Shown here: positions 26,387 to 37,100 of the stretch, in pieces
Layout of the letters: each line of letters starts with the position of its first letter
How positions within the stretch are numbered: position 1 is the stretch's first letter
Assembly: GCA_023267215.1 (NCBI GenBank)
Contig: JAHFNS010000002.1
Location: 192,892-256,891 of the forward strand
Direction: 5' to 3'
DNA length: 64,000 nucleotides
Source: Candidatus Nomurabacteria bacterium
GTDB lineage: Bacteria; Patescibacteriota; Minisyncoccia; Phycocordibacterales; UBA9973
Translations under genes and position numbers: made by a program
The notes under the pieces: model-generated
Database searches by the model: none
What the model saw: only the letters and a program-made list of their open reading frames with translations
What the model was told of the DNA's origin: nothing

Positions 26387-27697
26387 TTATTTTAATTTTA
26401 ACCCCCAAAGGTAAGAATCTTTTTTGTTTATAAAAAATAGAAAGTTTTGCCCTTCATCTAGATTGAGTCTCGTTCCATCTACTTCTTCTCCGCTTATTTG
26501 AGTTGGGTCTCCTATCAATGTCGTATTACCACTTGTGATATCAATTTTCCATATTTGATCAGAAAAAGAAACTTCCCCTTGGTACCAAGAGTCCGGATAT
26601 ATTTCATTATCTATATATTTAGGGACAGCGCAATATAGGACATCACTTAATGCACCCCAGACACATTTTTCCGACAGAGTTTTAACTCCAAGTGCAATTG
26701 GTTCTCTTGTTTCAGTGTCAAAAATATTTAAAGATAAATTATTATCACTATATAGAACTAATTTACCGTCTGGGCTTGTAAGTGTTGTTAATCCATTTAT
26801 TTCACCTAAAACTTTATTGAGATCTTTTTTATTTGGATTGATAGCATACATAAATCCTCTGACATTTCCAGAAGGTTTGGTAGTGACTGTAATTAAATTC
26901 TTATTAGTCCAAGAAGATAGCCATTCAGTAAATGGAGAATCAAAAATTTGAATTTTTGTACTGCTTTGTAAATCAAAAGTTACTCCAACCCCATTGTCCC
27001 CTATATTAAATAAATAAAATATTTTTGAAGAATCAGAAGAGACACTCATGTCAGAAATATTTTCTGGCAAAAAAGAGCCTTTTACTTCATTGTTTCCTAT
27101 AGAATCTGCCCCCAAGTATTCTTTTTGTAGCATACCTACATAAGTTTCTATTGTTTTATTATCATCTTTCAAGTAACGCATGATAACAGAATCACCCTTA
27201 TTTCCAAAATATGCTTCATGTACTTTTGGCACTACGGTATTTGAAAATTTTCTCTCGTCTATTTTATCAGCAAAGGTTTGATAGATATTTCCATTTGATT
27301 TGTTTACATACCTCAAAGCAGGAGCGAATTCTGTGGGAGGGATAGCAGAGGAGGCCTTACTTTCTCCTGCTGGAGAAGGCAAGGCCTCTTCTGCTTTAAA
27401 TCTCTCTTTCATAAATACTCCATATCCTGCCACAGGGAAACTAGAAATCTTTTTAAATTTACCATATGAAGCACTATTATCTCCTGCCCCTACATATCCA
27501 GAGACATCTGAAGGAGGTGTCGGATTTGGTGTTGTGGTTTTACTTTTTCCGAATGGTAAGAAGTTTGCAAAAAAGTTTGTGCCAGTTACTGTGCCCCCAT
27601 TTTGATCTTTAGGTTGGAAAAAATAGAGAAAACCAAAAACACCAACTATGATGACTACAAGGATTATTATAAATAAAATGATGTTTCTTTTTGACAT
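26387..27697 (-). CDS. Secreted/membrane-anchored hypothetical protein (beta-rich; last gene of the T4SS-like operon)
   Basis: N-terminal TM/signal anchor (IILFIIILVVIIVGVFGFLYFF). Contains an in-frame GC-rich hairpin insertion (ALLSPAGEGKASSA...). Confidence 0.45.
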   Translation of the reverse strand: MSKRNIILFIIILVVIIVGVFGFLYFFQPKDQNGGTVTGTNFFANFLPFGKSKTTTPNPTPPSDVSGYVGAGDNSASYGKFKKISSFPVAGYGVFMKERFKAEEALPSPAGESKASSAIPPTEFAPALRYVNKSNGNIYQTFADKIDERKFSNTVVPKVHEAYFGNKGDSVIMRYLKDDNKTIETYVGMLQKEYLGADSIGNNEVKGSFLPENISDMSVSSDSSKIFYLFNIGDNGVGVTFDLQSSTKIQIFDSPFTEWLSSWTNKNLITVTTKPSGNVRGFMYAINPNKKDLNKVLGEINGLTTLTSPDGKLVLYSDNNLSLNIFDTETREPIALGVKTLSEKCVWGALSDVLYCAVPKYIDNEIYPDSWYQGEVSFSDQIWKIDITSGNTTLIGDPTQISGEEVDGTRLNLDEGQNFLFFINKKDSYLWGLKLK

Positions 27698-27704
27698 AAA
27701 ATTT

Positions 27705-29036
27705 TTAAGGATATCTATAATATTTTATTCTAGATTTAAGTTTATCTGTTAATGGTCTTATTTGTGTAGGACTATTTGTATTTTGAGTGTCTAATACTTG
27801 TCCATCTTTTACATAAATCATTGTGTGCCCATCTGGTTCGCCATTTTCATTCGCTTTCCATCCCAACAAATCACCTGTATTTATTTTTGAATAATCAAAA
27901 GTTTTTCCATCTATTTTTGTAGTATTACCAGTTGAAAATATTTCAGCACTATTATTCCCCGGGCTTCCCAACCCAGCACATACATATACTTGAGAGACAA
28001 ATGAAGAACAATCAACATAAATAGTTTTACTATCTGTAGTGTTTCTTTTTTCTTTACTATATTCTGTTTGTGGTATGAATAGTTTTCCAATTGGCAAGAT
28101 AGCTTCTTTTCCACCTGTTGCATCGCAAGTGATGCCAAAATCATTTTTTAATATTGTTTTATCTATTGGTTTAAAAGGCAAAGATGATTCACCCCCGAGA
28201 CTTGTGATGGTTATATTAGCCGTTGGCATTTTTAAACATACATTGAGTAATGCCGGATTTAGAGTATTTAAAATGGCATAGGTGCCTAAGGTTATTACAA
28301 GACCCAATATAGCATGTGTAATTCTTTCCTTTCCCGCTTCTTTTGAGGAAATGAGCTCACTGGTCATATATTCCAATCCACCTATTACTATCATCACCAT
28401 AGCGAGGACTGCTGATATACCAATGATTAACTTAACCATTATGTTTAAATAATTTCCGAAAGGACAAGGATTGGTAGTCTCATTATATTGAGTATCGATT
28501 GATTCTAGCCCTGGTAAAGGAGCGAGTGGGGTGTATACAGTCTCTGTGGGGGTTATACAGGTTGTTTTATCAGCACTTGGTATTTCTGGTGATGTACACT
28601 TAAGTTGGGTTATTGGAGCTGGTGTTTGTGATGTAGGTGTTGGTGTGGAGGGAGTTGTTGGAGTAGCTGTATTAGTAGCACCCCATTTATTCACTGTGAC
28701 ATCTACCCATTTTTTTATTGAGTGATCTTTAAAATCCGTACAAGACATTGAGAAGTTTGTTGTTTCATAAAGAGAAGGAGTACTACTTCCCGAACTAGTA
28801 TAATTTCCAAAATCAGCATTTCCTGTATTTGATGTGGTTGTTATATTACAAAAAGTATAACCAGATATTGTCCATGTTATGTTTGTTTTATCACCAGATT
28901 TTATAGTTGAAGGTTCAGCTGTAATAGATGCAGAGAAAGTATTGTCTGCGAAGGTTTGCTGAAACGGAATAAAAAAGCTAAATAAAAATATTGTTAGATA
29001 TGAGAGGGCTATTATTTTTTTAAAAATATTTTTCAT
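27705..29036 (-). CDS. Membrane-anchored cell-wall hydrolase with C-terminal NlpC/P60 domain (functional analogue of VirB1/PrgK in Gram-positive T4SS)
   Basis: Signal peptide, secreted N-domain, Pro/Thr-rich linker (TPTTPSTPTPTSQTPAPI), internal TM segment. C-terminal NlpC/P60 catalytic pattern (CSSFVSQVY...GDLLGW...H.MIYV). Confidence 0.6.
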   Translation of the reverse strand: MKNIFKKIIALSYLTIFLFSFFIPFQQTFADNTFSASITAEPSTIKSGDKTNITWTISGYTFCNITTTSNTGNADFGNYTSSGSSTPSLYETTNFSMSCTDFKDHSIKKWVDVTVNKWGATNTATPTTPSTPTPTSQTPAPITQLKCTSPEIPSADKTTCITPTETVYTPLAPLPGLESIDTQYNETTNPCPFGNYLNIMVKLIIGISAVLAMVMIVIGGLEYMTSELISSKEAGKERITHAILGLVITLGTYAILNTLNPALLNVCLKMPTANITITSLGGESSLPFKPIDKTILKNDFGITCDATGGKEAILPIGKLFIPQTEYSKEKRNTTDSKTIYVDCSSFVSQVYVCAGLGSPGNNSAEIFSTGNTTKIDGKTFDYSKINTGDLLGWKANENGEPDGHTMIYVKDGQVLDTQNTNSPTQIRPLTDKLKSRIKYYRYP

Positions 29037-29037
29037 A

Positions 29038-30027
29038 TTAAAAATTTACTTGTATTTGTTTTGTTATACTTTGAAAAAGTGTATCAGTGTTTTCAACCAT
29101 AAGTTTAATTATAGAACTTCCAGATTGCCCCGCTTCTGGCTTGATAGCTAATATATTTTTAATATCTGGTGTTTGTATTTTGTTTCCATTCAAAAACCAA
29201 CTAAAAACAAGGCTACTTGAATTTATTTCTTGTGGTGAAAAGAAATATGGTTCGGCGACAAGAATTTTTCCATCTCTACTTATAGTGTATCCATCATTCA
29301 AACTATTTTCCCATTTTACCCCAAGTTTTGGATCATCCTCATAAAAAAGTATTTTTGGTTCTGACGTTTTTAAAATTATTCTTTTAGAAGTGTTGGTGCC
29401 TCCTCCAATGTCTGATACTGCTACCTCGACAGTGTTATCTTTATCTAAATAACTATTTTGAAAAATGAAATAATTTTTTCCCCAACCAGAAGAATCAAGT
29501 TGACTGTTGCCATCTTTTTTCCAAACATAAGATAGATTGTTTGTATTTACTTTATTGCCTTGATTGACTAGGTTTGGAATGGCCACTACTTTGAATTTTC
29601 CTTGACTAGGAGCCAGAGCTTTTCCTTTATAAAAAGGCGGGGTATAAGAATCATAAGCTTCCCACAGCAGATCCATATCCGCTATTGTTAGGGTCATTTT
29701 TTTTGAAATACTTTGTCCATCGACAGTATCTATTGTGGCAGATAAATCAGTAGTTGACCCCAAGCCTTCTGTTCTGAAAGAGAAAGATTTTTTACCGATT
29801 GCCTCAATCATTTTTTGACCATTAATAAACCAAGAAATATTAGCCTTATCGAGGTTGACCACATGACTACTTAATACTGCGTTTGTGTTTTGATTTGGTC
29901 CAGGGTATTCTGGTGAGATATTTAAAATAACGTCAGTATTACGTATTTGTGCATTAACAAAAAATCCAAAAAAAGTGGCTAGTACTATAAACAGAATTAT
30001 TAAACTTTTAAAATATTTCTTCTGCAT
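29038..30027 (-). CDS. Secreted hypothetical protein
   Basis: Signal peptide (LIILFIVLATFFGFFVNAQ). Beta-rich. Confidence 0.4.
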   Translation of the reverse strand: MQKKYFKSLIILFIVLATFFGFFVNAQIRNTDVILNISPEYPGPNQNTNAVLSSHVVNLDKANISWFINGQKMIEAIGKKSFSFRTEGLGSTTDLSATIDTVDGQSISKKMTLTIADMDLLWEAYDSYTPPFYKGKALAPSQGKFKVVAIPNLVNQGNKVNTNNLSYVWKKDGNSQLDSSGWGKNYFIFQNSYLDKDNTVEVAVSDIGGGTNTSKRIILKTSEPKILFYEDDPKLGVKWENSLNDGYTISRDGKILVAEPYFFSPQEINSSSLVFSWFLNGNKIQTPDIKNILAIKPEAGQSGSSIIKLMVENTDTLFQSITKQIQVNF

Positions 30028-30067
30028 CTTATCTATTATATATCAGCTAGAACCTAGAAACTAGAAC

Positions 30068-31918
30068 CTAACTTTTTTCTTCTTCTTTCGATTTTTCCAA
30101 ATCCTCCTTGGCTTTTTTGATAGATAAAATTTGAGACGGATCGGAAGTTATGATTTGATCTTCAGTGTAAGAAGAGATGACCTTGATTGCAACGTGTTTT
30201 AGTCCAGCAAAGAATATTCCTTCACCTACTCCGGATTCTAAAAGTAAATATTTTTCTTCATCAGTCAAATTAAATGTTTTTTGTAAAATATCTATGGTGG
30301 TTGGAGATTGCTTTAAGAGTAGTTGAATAGAAGAGTTGGTGATGATAGGGATACCATAGGGAGATTTCATAAAATCAGCTGCGTCTTGGGTGATAGTGGA
30401 AAGTCCTAAATAATATTTTCTTCCTCGCTTGGCGATAGAATAAAGGAATGAAGCAGTATCTTCAGATTTCATCATCCACCAAGCTTCATCAACAACCAGA
30501 AGACGTTTCTTTAAATTTTTTCGGATAGTTATCCAAATATAATGCATTACAATATACATTGCCACGGGTTTTAATTCATCTTCCATGTCACGAACCGAAA
30601 ACACTACAAACTTTTTATTTATATCTACATTGGAAGGCCTGTTAAGAAAAGTAGACCAAGAGCCCTTGGTATATTTGACCAATCTCTGAATGACGGAGTC
30701 ACTTCCCTCCATTCCACCTAACACCATTTCGAAATCTGAAAGAAGAGGCGGTTCTATGTTTGAAAAATCTGAATCAGGAGTAATATCTTTCATTGCATAG
30801 GTTTCAGATATTGCACGATCCACCATAGAATCTTCTTCTGGAGTTAGTCCACCCAACATCAATCTGAAAAGTCCAACTAGATTTATAATATTTGAACGAA
30901 GGACATCTTCAGCAGATTCATCTTCACGTGGGATAGGTAGATCAAAGGGGTTGATGTGATGATCGGAAGAAAGTGAAATATTGAAATATCTTCCTCCCAC
31001 AGCTTCAGCTAAATATTCATATTCCCTTTCTGGGTCTATGACAATAATATCTATATCAAACATTAAAGACCGAATAATTTCCAGTTTGGTGGCATAACTT
31101 TTTCCTGAACCAGATTTTGCGAATGTCACAGAATTATAATTTTCCAAAGAAAATCTATCAAAGATAACCAAAGAAGAATTGTGTCTATTTACTCCATAAA
31201 GTATTCCCATTTCAGAAGTAAGATCAAAAGAAATAAATGGGAAAATACTTGAAAGGGGCTCCGAATTTAATTTTTGGTGAATACTTAAAAGGTCGTTGCC
31301 GATAGGCATTACGCTTTTAAAACCTTCTTCTTGCTGAAAAAGAGCTGGTTTAATATAGATTAATTTTGATTCGAGAATTGATTTTATTTCATTTTCAACT
31401 TTATAAAGTTCCATCTCATTGTCAGCATAGATGGTAATATAAATGCTTACATCAAACATTTTTTGTTGCGCTTGAATCAAACTGTCACGAAGTCCTTCCA
31501 AATCTTGATAAGCAGTATCGAGCATTGGATCACGCACCATTCCCTTTCTTTCTCGCACATTTATCTGGCTTTGTACTTCGGCGACTTTTTTTTGAAATTG
31601 TCTTAAGGCAAGAGATGTATCTACTGGATGAATAAAAATTGAAACATCAAAAACTTTATCCAAATTGATTACAGGAGAAAACCAATTATCGGAAAGAAAT
31701 CTAGGATAGGAAATAATGAAAAAAGTACGAGCAATTTTATCACCCAAATTTATAGATTTTGATTCGATCTTTAAGGCAGATGGAGCAATAATATCTTGAA
31801 GTTCTAGTTTAGCCGATTCATATATTTCTTCAGGTAATACTGGAAGAACCGAAGCATTTACTCCTTGTATTTTTTCTTCTTTTTTGTTTTTTCCAAGTAA
31901 TTTATCAAAAATTGACAT
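30068..31918 (-). CDS. VirB4/TrbE/CagE-family type IV secretion ATPase (ATPase domain)
   Basis: Walker A FAKSGSGKSYATK. Walker B-like LLVVDEAWWMM (the DEAW of VirB4s). C-terminal conserved region. Confidence 0.8.
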   Translation of the reverse strand: MSIFDKLLGKNKKEEKIQGVNASVLPVLPEEIYESAKLELQDIIAPSALKIESKSINLGDKIARTFFIISYPRFLSDNWFSPVINLDKVFDVSIFIHPVDTSLALRQFQKKVAEVQSQINVRERKGMVRDPMLDTAYQDLEGLRDSLIQAQQKMFDVSIYITIYADNEMELYKVENEIKSILESKLIYIKPALFQQEEGFKSVMPIGNDLLSIHQKLNSEPLSSIFPFISFDLTSEMGILYGVNRHNSSLVIFDRFSLENYNSVTFAKSGSGKSYATKLEIIRSLMFDIDIIVIDPEREYEYLAEAVGGRYFNISLSSDHHINPFDLPIPREDESAEDVLRSNIINLVGLFRLMLGGLTPEEDSMVDRAISETYAMKDITPDSDFSNIEPPLLSDFEMVLGGMEGSDSVIQRLVKYTKGSWSTFLNRPSNVDINKKFVVFSVRDMEDELKPVAMYIVMHYIWITIRKNLKKRLLVVDEAWWMMKSEDTASFLYSIAKRGRKYYLGLSTITQDAADFMKSPYGIPIITNSSIQLLLKQSPTTIDILQKTFNLTDEEKYLLLESGVGEGIFFAGLKHVAIKVISSYTEDQIITSDPSQILSIKKAKEDLEKSKEEEKS

Positions 31919-31932
31919 ATATTTTTTAGAAT

Positions 31933-32574
31933 TTAATTTTCCAATTCTATTTTCCCCTCCAATTCTCCTGGATTAAATACTTTATAAAATACTTCCACCA
32001 CTTCTTCTGTTCCTAGTTGGACTGATTTTATTCCACAACGTGAAAGCCCTTGTTCTATAACATTTACTCTTTCTTCCAATTGGGATCTTTTTTCTTCGAA
32101 ATCTAGTTGATCTTTAAGTTGCTCATCTTTTTTACTTTTCTTTGAAAATAAATTTGAAAATATTCCAGAATTTGGTTTTAAATTTATATGCGTGTAAGGC
32201 ACAATCACAAAAAAGTTTTTGGTCATAATACTTACAGATTCAGTAAAATTTTTAATAAATTCTATGTATTCTTTTGTTTGTAATTTAAGCAATGGTTCGT
32301 TTTGTACTTTCATTCTATTTTCTAATAACAAAAGATAGGGTCTGATGTCGAGTTTTCTTGATTGAATTGATATTTGAACTGAAAAATCAAGAGTATTTAG
32401 AAAATTTTGAAACTGCATAATAGTAGCCTTTTGTTCGTCATCAGATTTTAGAGAAAGATTAATGGAATTAGCTAATATAATAGCCCGAAGGTCTCCATCT
32501 TTTAAAACAACAATACCATCACGGATTTCCTTGATTGGTACGAATTCTTGAGTTGCTTTTGCATTTAATGCCAT
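31933..32574 (-). CDS. VirB4 N-terminal domain encoded as a separate ORF (split VirB4)
   Basis: PIKEIRDGIVVLKDGDLRAII pattern typical of the VirB4/TrbE N-terminus. Lies 15 nt upstream of the ATPase ORF in a different frame. 213+616 aa is about canonical VirB4 length. Confidence 0.55.
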   Translation of the reverse strand: MALNAKATQEFVPIKEIRDGIVVLKDGDLRAIILANSINLSLKSDDEQKATIMQFQNFLNTLDFSVQISIQSRKLDIRPYLLLLENRMKVQNEPLLKLQTKEYIEFIKNFTESVSIMTKNFFVIVPYTHINLKPNSGIFSNLFSKKSKKDEQLKDQLDFEEKRSQLEERVNVIEQGLSRCGIKSVQLGTEEVVEVFYKVFNPGELEGKIELEN

Positions 32575-32576
32575 AA

Positions 32577-32999
32577 TTATTTTTTCAAATCTAGAACGTC
32601 TAGGCTCCAGGCTAAATCTCGTAATTTATTTCCACTTAATCTTTGCCCTCTTACTTCTCCTAAACCCTCCCTAAAAGAGAGGACGTTCCCTCCCTTGGGG
32701 GAAGCGGGAGCTCCGATTTTCATATGTTTTTTCCAGATATAAAGTTTATTTTGAAAAGAAAATTTTACTCCTGCTTCTATCATATTAATAAATGGCTTAC
32801 CATTTGGATGATAGAAAGTTAAGGCTATAGATAATCCAGCTATGGCTAAAATAGGTATTGCTCCTAGCCAAAGACCCAATAATTTATATAAGGTGTAACA
32901 CAATCCTGCTCCTCCCACTAAGTAGACGAATTCCTTAAAAGTGAAAGGACCAAAAATTTTGTCTTCTATCTCCAAAAATTGTGGAACTTTAAACTGCAT
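32577..32999 (-). CDS. VirB3-like small membrane protein
   Basis: 140 aa with two TM helices, immediately upstream of VirB4 as in VirB3/PrgI. Contains an in-frame G-rich hairpin insertion. Confidence 0.5.
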   Translation of the reverse strand: MQFKVPQFLEIEDKIFGPFTFKEFVYLVGGAGLCYTLYKLLGLWLGAIPILAIAGLSIALTFYHPNGKPFINMIEAGVKFSFQNKLYIWKKHMKIGAPASPKGGNVLSFREGLGEVRGQRLSGNKLRDLAWSLDVLDLKK

Positions 33000-33038
33000 A
33001 ATTTAATTATAAATCAGAAACAATCAATTACCTAGTAC

Positions 33039-33653
33039 TTACTCTGGTGTTTCTCTATATGGATCTACTTTTGGTACTCCAATCTTTTTAATTGATGAAT
33101 TGTTTTCTTTCGATAGGTTACCAATAGAATGATTTGTCTCAATTGTTGGAGACTGGACAGCTCCTCTCAATTTTTGTTCTAAAATTGAGGCTGTATCAAA
33201 AGGAACCCTTGGGGAATTAAACCCCTCCTGTTGTCTCTCCTTGTCAGGGGAGGTTCTCATTATTTCTCCCCCTGACAAGGGGGATACAGGGGGTTTCTCT
33301 TCTTTTGGTTCCGATCCCTTTTTTCTTTCTATAATTTTTACTAATTCCTCGCGAATTCTGTTAAAAACCTTTTCATTCATTTCGTTGACCAACACGTCTA
33401 TTTGAGCTTTTGGTAAAAGCATTCTTTTTTCTAACTCCTTCGGATAGTCTTCTGTGTCCAAAAGTCCACAGAGCAAGAGTTCTGTCTCTATTTCTAAATC
33501 TTCTAATTGCTCATAACTGTATCCTTTTTCTGCTCGCATATCTAAAATTATCTTTTTCCAATCAATAGCATCAATAGCTTGTCTACTTTCTTCTGAAAGT
33601 GAAGTTCTTGCTTTATCTATTTTTATTTTTAATAAATCTACGGTGTTTTCCAT
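33039..33653 (-). CDS. Acidic hypothetical protein, paralogue of the adjacent ORF
   Basis: DWKKIILDMRAEKGYSYEQLEDLEIETELLL aligns with DWIKITEEIAEKYSLDEDELNDFQLETLLLL of 33662-34177. Contains GC-rich hairpin insertions. Confidence 0.45.
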   Translation of the reverse strand: MENTVDLLKIKIDKARTSLSEESRQAIDAIDWKKIILDMRAEKGYSYEQLEDLEIETELLLCGLLDTEDYPKELEKRMLLPKAQIDVLVNEMNEKVFNRIREELVKIIERKKGSEPKEEKPPVSPLSGGEIMRTSPDKERQQEGFNSPRVPFDTASILEQKLRGAVQSPTIETNHSIGNLSKENNSSIKKIGVPKVDPYRETPE

Positions 33654-33661
33654 ATATTTTT

Positions 33662-34177
33662 TTAAAACCCTCTTCCGACCTCTCCCTTATCAAGGTGAGG
33701 AGATGTGGTGTCCCCCCTGACAAGGGGGTTATAGGGGGTTGTATTAATCATATCACTTTCTTTTTCATTTCTTTTTTCCATAAAAACAGAATAATCTCCA
33801 CCGGAAACAATAAAATCAAGGGTTTGTTTCCAATCTAATTTTTTATTTTGGATATTTTTTTTAACATTTTCTGTTATAAGTTTATTTAGAGGGTTAAATA
33901 TTTTTTGGAAAGATTCTTTTGCAATGTTTTCTGCTTCCTCTTTAGTAGTTTCAACTTGATTTTCGATATTAATTGCATAAAATTCTGGATCTGTGGACCC
34001 TATTAGAAGCAATAAAGTTTCTAACTGAAAATCATTTAGTTCGTCCTCATCTAAGGAATATTTTTCTGCTATTTCTTCTGTTATTTTGATCCAATCAAAA
34101 GAATTAATGACTTCCTGCATTTCTTTTGGTAATTCCACCATCTCTTCTTTAATTGTTTGTTGTAATTTTTCTGTCAT
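33662..34177 (-). CDS. Acidic hypothetical protein, paralogue of 33039-33653
   Basis: See paralogue alignment. Contains hairpin insertion (GDTTSPHLDKGEVGRGF). Confidence 0.45.
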   Translation of the reverse strand: MTEKLQQTIKEEMVELPKEMQEVINSFDWIKITEEIAEKYSLDEDELNDFQLETLLLLIGSTDPEFYAINIENQVETTKEEAENIAKESFQKIFNPLNKLITENVKKNIQNKKLDWKQTLDFIVSGGDYSVFMEKRNEKESDMINTTPYNPLVRGDTTSPHLDKGEVGRGF

Positions 34178-34188
34178 AAATTTATTAA

Positions 34189-37100
34189 TTAATGTTTCGC
34201 ATGAGAATCTCCTCCACCATGAGCATCTTTACCTCCGCTATCATGTTTTTCTGCAGCAGGAGCATGGCTACTACTATGATCTTTGCCACCGCCAACAAAT
34301 TTTTCTGCCAAACTTGCTGCTACTGTTTCTGTGACAAGATGACTTCCCTTACTACTACCATGGCTTTCTGCTTTGACCCCCATTCTTATTTCATGGGCAG
34401 ATTTTCTGCGAGCTGCTTCATTCCAAGGCCATGCGAATTGGTTTTCTATATTATTAGCATAACCATGAGTGCGTCTATCATTTACATGCTTAACTTCATG
34501 TTCAGCTTCTGGGAGTATTTTGTCTTCATATTCATTTTGTGAATTTCCAAATCCTTTATGGGTATCAGCATATGCTTTTGCTATATTTGCTTTTTCTGCT
34601 ATAGATATTTTTTCTTTCGCTTTTTCTAATTTTTTATTTGAATTTTCTAGTGTTTTTAAGGTTGTATCAACATTGTTTGTGGCTACTGACATTCTATTTT
34701 TTGCATTTTCTTCTGCCTTCTTTGCATCTTCTAATGTCTTGGCAACAACTGCTGGGTCTCCAATTGTAAGTTTTGAATTTGCTTTTGCTTCTGCGTCAAT
34801 CCTAGCAGCAGTTGCTGCATTAAGTTCATCTATTGCTGCAACTTTTTCAGTTACTGCGGCAGCGTTAGCTTTTTCAGCTTCTGATTTAACCATTCCTGTT
34901 TCCACTAAGATTTTTCCAGCTTCTTCAGCTTCCTTGTTTGCATCTTCCCATGCTTTCTTGGTTATATTACCGTTATGTGTTCTAAATTCTCCAGTACCAT
35001 CATTCCCATTTTCATCAAGCATTCCTCCACTTTTTATAGCACTTCTTTTATCTTTTAGTTCTTTTACTTTTTGACCAGCAGCTAAGTATGCATCATTATT
35101 TGCTTCTCCTTCGGGTGTTCCTTTTGAAGCAATAGCTATGTCTTTAAGGTATTTTACTTTTCCTTCTGCTGCTGTAATCTCCTTTTCTATTTCATGGATT
35201 TCTTTTTCATTTTCTAGAGAAACTTTTTGATGTTCTTCTTGTACTTGATTTAGGTGTTGTTTTTCTGGTTCTCCTTCTTTTATCTTTAATCCTTCAGCAC
35301 GCTTCTTTCTCTTCTCATCTCTTCTCTTTAGGTCAGCTTCATATCCACCACTTTCTTTCATTAAGAATTTAGATTGTGCCCCTAAGTTTAATCCAGTCAA
35401 ACCAGAGGCAGCTTTTAATGCCACTCCACCGACACCTTTTCTTAAGTCAAAGCTACTGGTAGAAGCTGCACCACTAGCAGTTCTTAAGTTTTTACCAACA
35501 AATCTTTTACCCCAAGCACCTAGGCCTTTGTCTGTATTTGTTTCCCAATCTGCAAGCTTTTTACTTTCAAAAATACCCTTACCTAAATGCCCAAGAGTTC
35601 CTTGACCAATTGCTGCTGTGGTGCCTATTGCTGCTCCAGCAGCAATGCCACCTATTGTTTTAACTCCTGATACTATTGTTTTTCCCATCTCACCAGCGTA
35701 TTCTATTGTTAATTTTTTAGCTTTATTTAAGAGTGCCATAAGTATAATGAATGGAATTATTATACTCATTAGATGTTGCATTATGTTTGCTGAACCAGAT
35801 AAATTTTGATTATCCGCATATCTTGCAATATCAGTAAGAAAACCAGCAAATAAAATTATTATATAAAGCAAAAAGGCAAAAATAGGAGCCATAACTGCAT
35901 TTTTAGAAAGATCATCCCACCATTCTTCGTGACCGAATCCGGGAATTTTAAAAGGTACAGTAAAAGAAGCAAAAGCAAATGGTGAGAATATCATAGAGAT
36001 CCATAACGAAACGACTCTTGCCACAAAAAGTAGAGCTATTGAAAAGAAAACATAGGCCATATAGAGAGTAATGGCTATAAGTAAAATGGCTACGAAAATA
36101 GCATATCCTATACCGAGAGTTGCATCACTATAAGTTGCCATTATCACGCCTTGAGGATTAAATTTATCAACCAATCCAACTGAGATAGATTTTTGTCCAC
36201 CAACATTATTTTTTTCTGTATTGACTCCTTTTTCATCTACTGAACTGATATTATTGTAAAAAACTTTTGCCAGAATGTTTGAACCATCGATGACGAGTTT
36301 GGTTGTGAATAAACTGAAATTTATAAATAGAGCAACGACGACGACTGCTCCGATTAATTTTTTATTATCTGTCACATTCAGACCAAGTACTGTCTTGATT
36401 GCGATGAAAAGAAGAGCGAGAATAAAAAATATATTAGCAATATCTCGCACCCCCGCCCAAGCTTGCTCCACGAAAGTGTTGGTATAAGAAGAACTATTGG
36501 TTGCATAATAGACAAAGAAATCAAGAAATTCTCCAGCCAACCTGGCAACCCAAGCAGAAGCTTGCCAGAGAATAAAAAATAGCTGTAAAACACAACCACC
36601 GAGTTTCATTGGTATTAGACTACAACCAAAATCATTATCAGTGGCCTGGTTATAATTTTTTACATCTCCAGTAGTAGTGCCAGAGGTATTGTTAGTCTTA
36701 TCTCCAGTTCTAAATGTCCAATAATACACCACAGAAGGGTCATTTTTAGTTTCTGTAATGATCTTATTAAAGATGACGGAATAACCGGTCTCAGGGTAAT
36801 AATTATCAAATGTAATTTTTAATTTATAGTCGTTGTTTTCTTTTAATGTATTAGATTCATAAGAGTCACAAGGTTTACCGTCTGGTGTTGTATTTCCTCC
36901 ATAACATATTCGTATCGTTTTTTCACTAGAGCTACTTACTGTGTCTTTTCCAAAAGATTTTCCTTCTGAATAAGAACCTCCACCATCTTTTTCTCCTGCC
37001 GTTATATCAATAATATTTGTATTTACTTTATAACCGGAAGTTTCGCCATCATACACTAATTTTAAATTAGTAGCTTTTATATCAAATATTGCAGAAGCAT

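Noticed and set aside
34469-35074. Plus-strand 201-aa ORF, and many other 60-120-aa ORFs in the track that overlap large genes on the opposite strand
   Set aside because: They are antisense to long, well-supported genes. Their composition is low-complexity (S/F/A-rich) as expected from reverse-reading K/E-rich coding sequence. None has start or RBS context or a recognisable motif.
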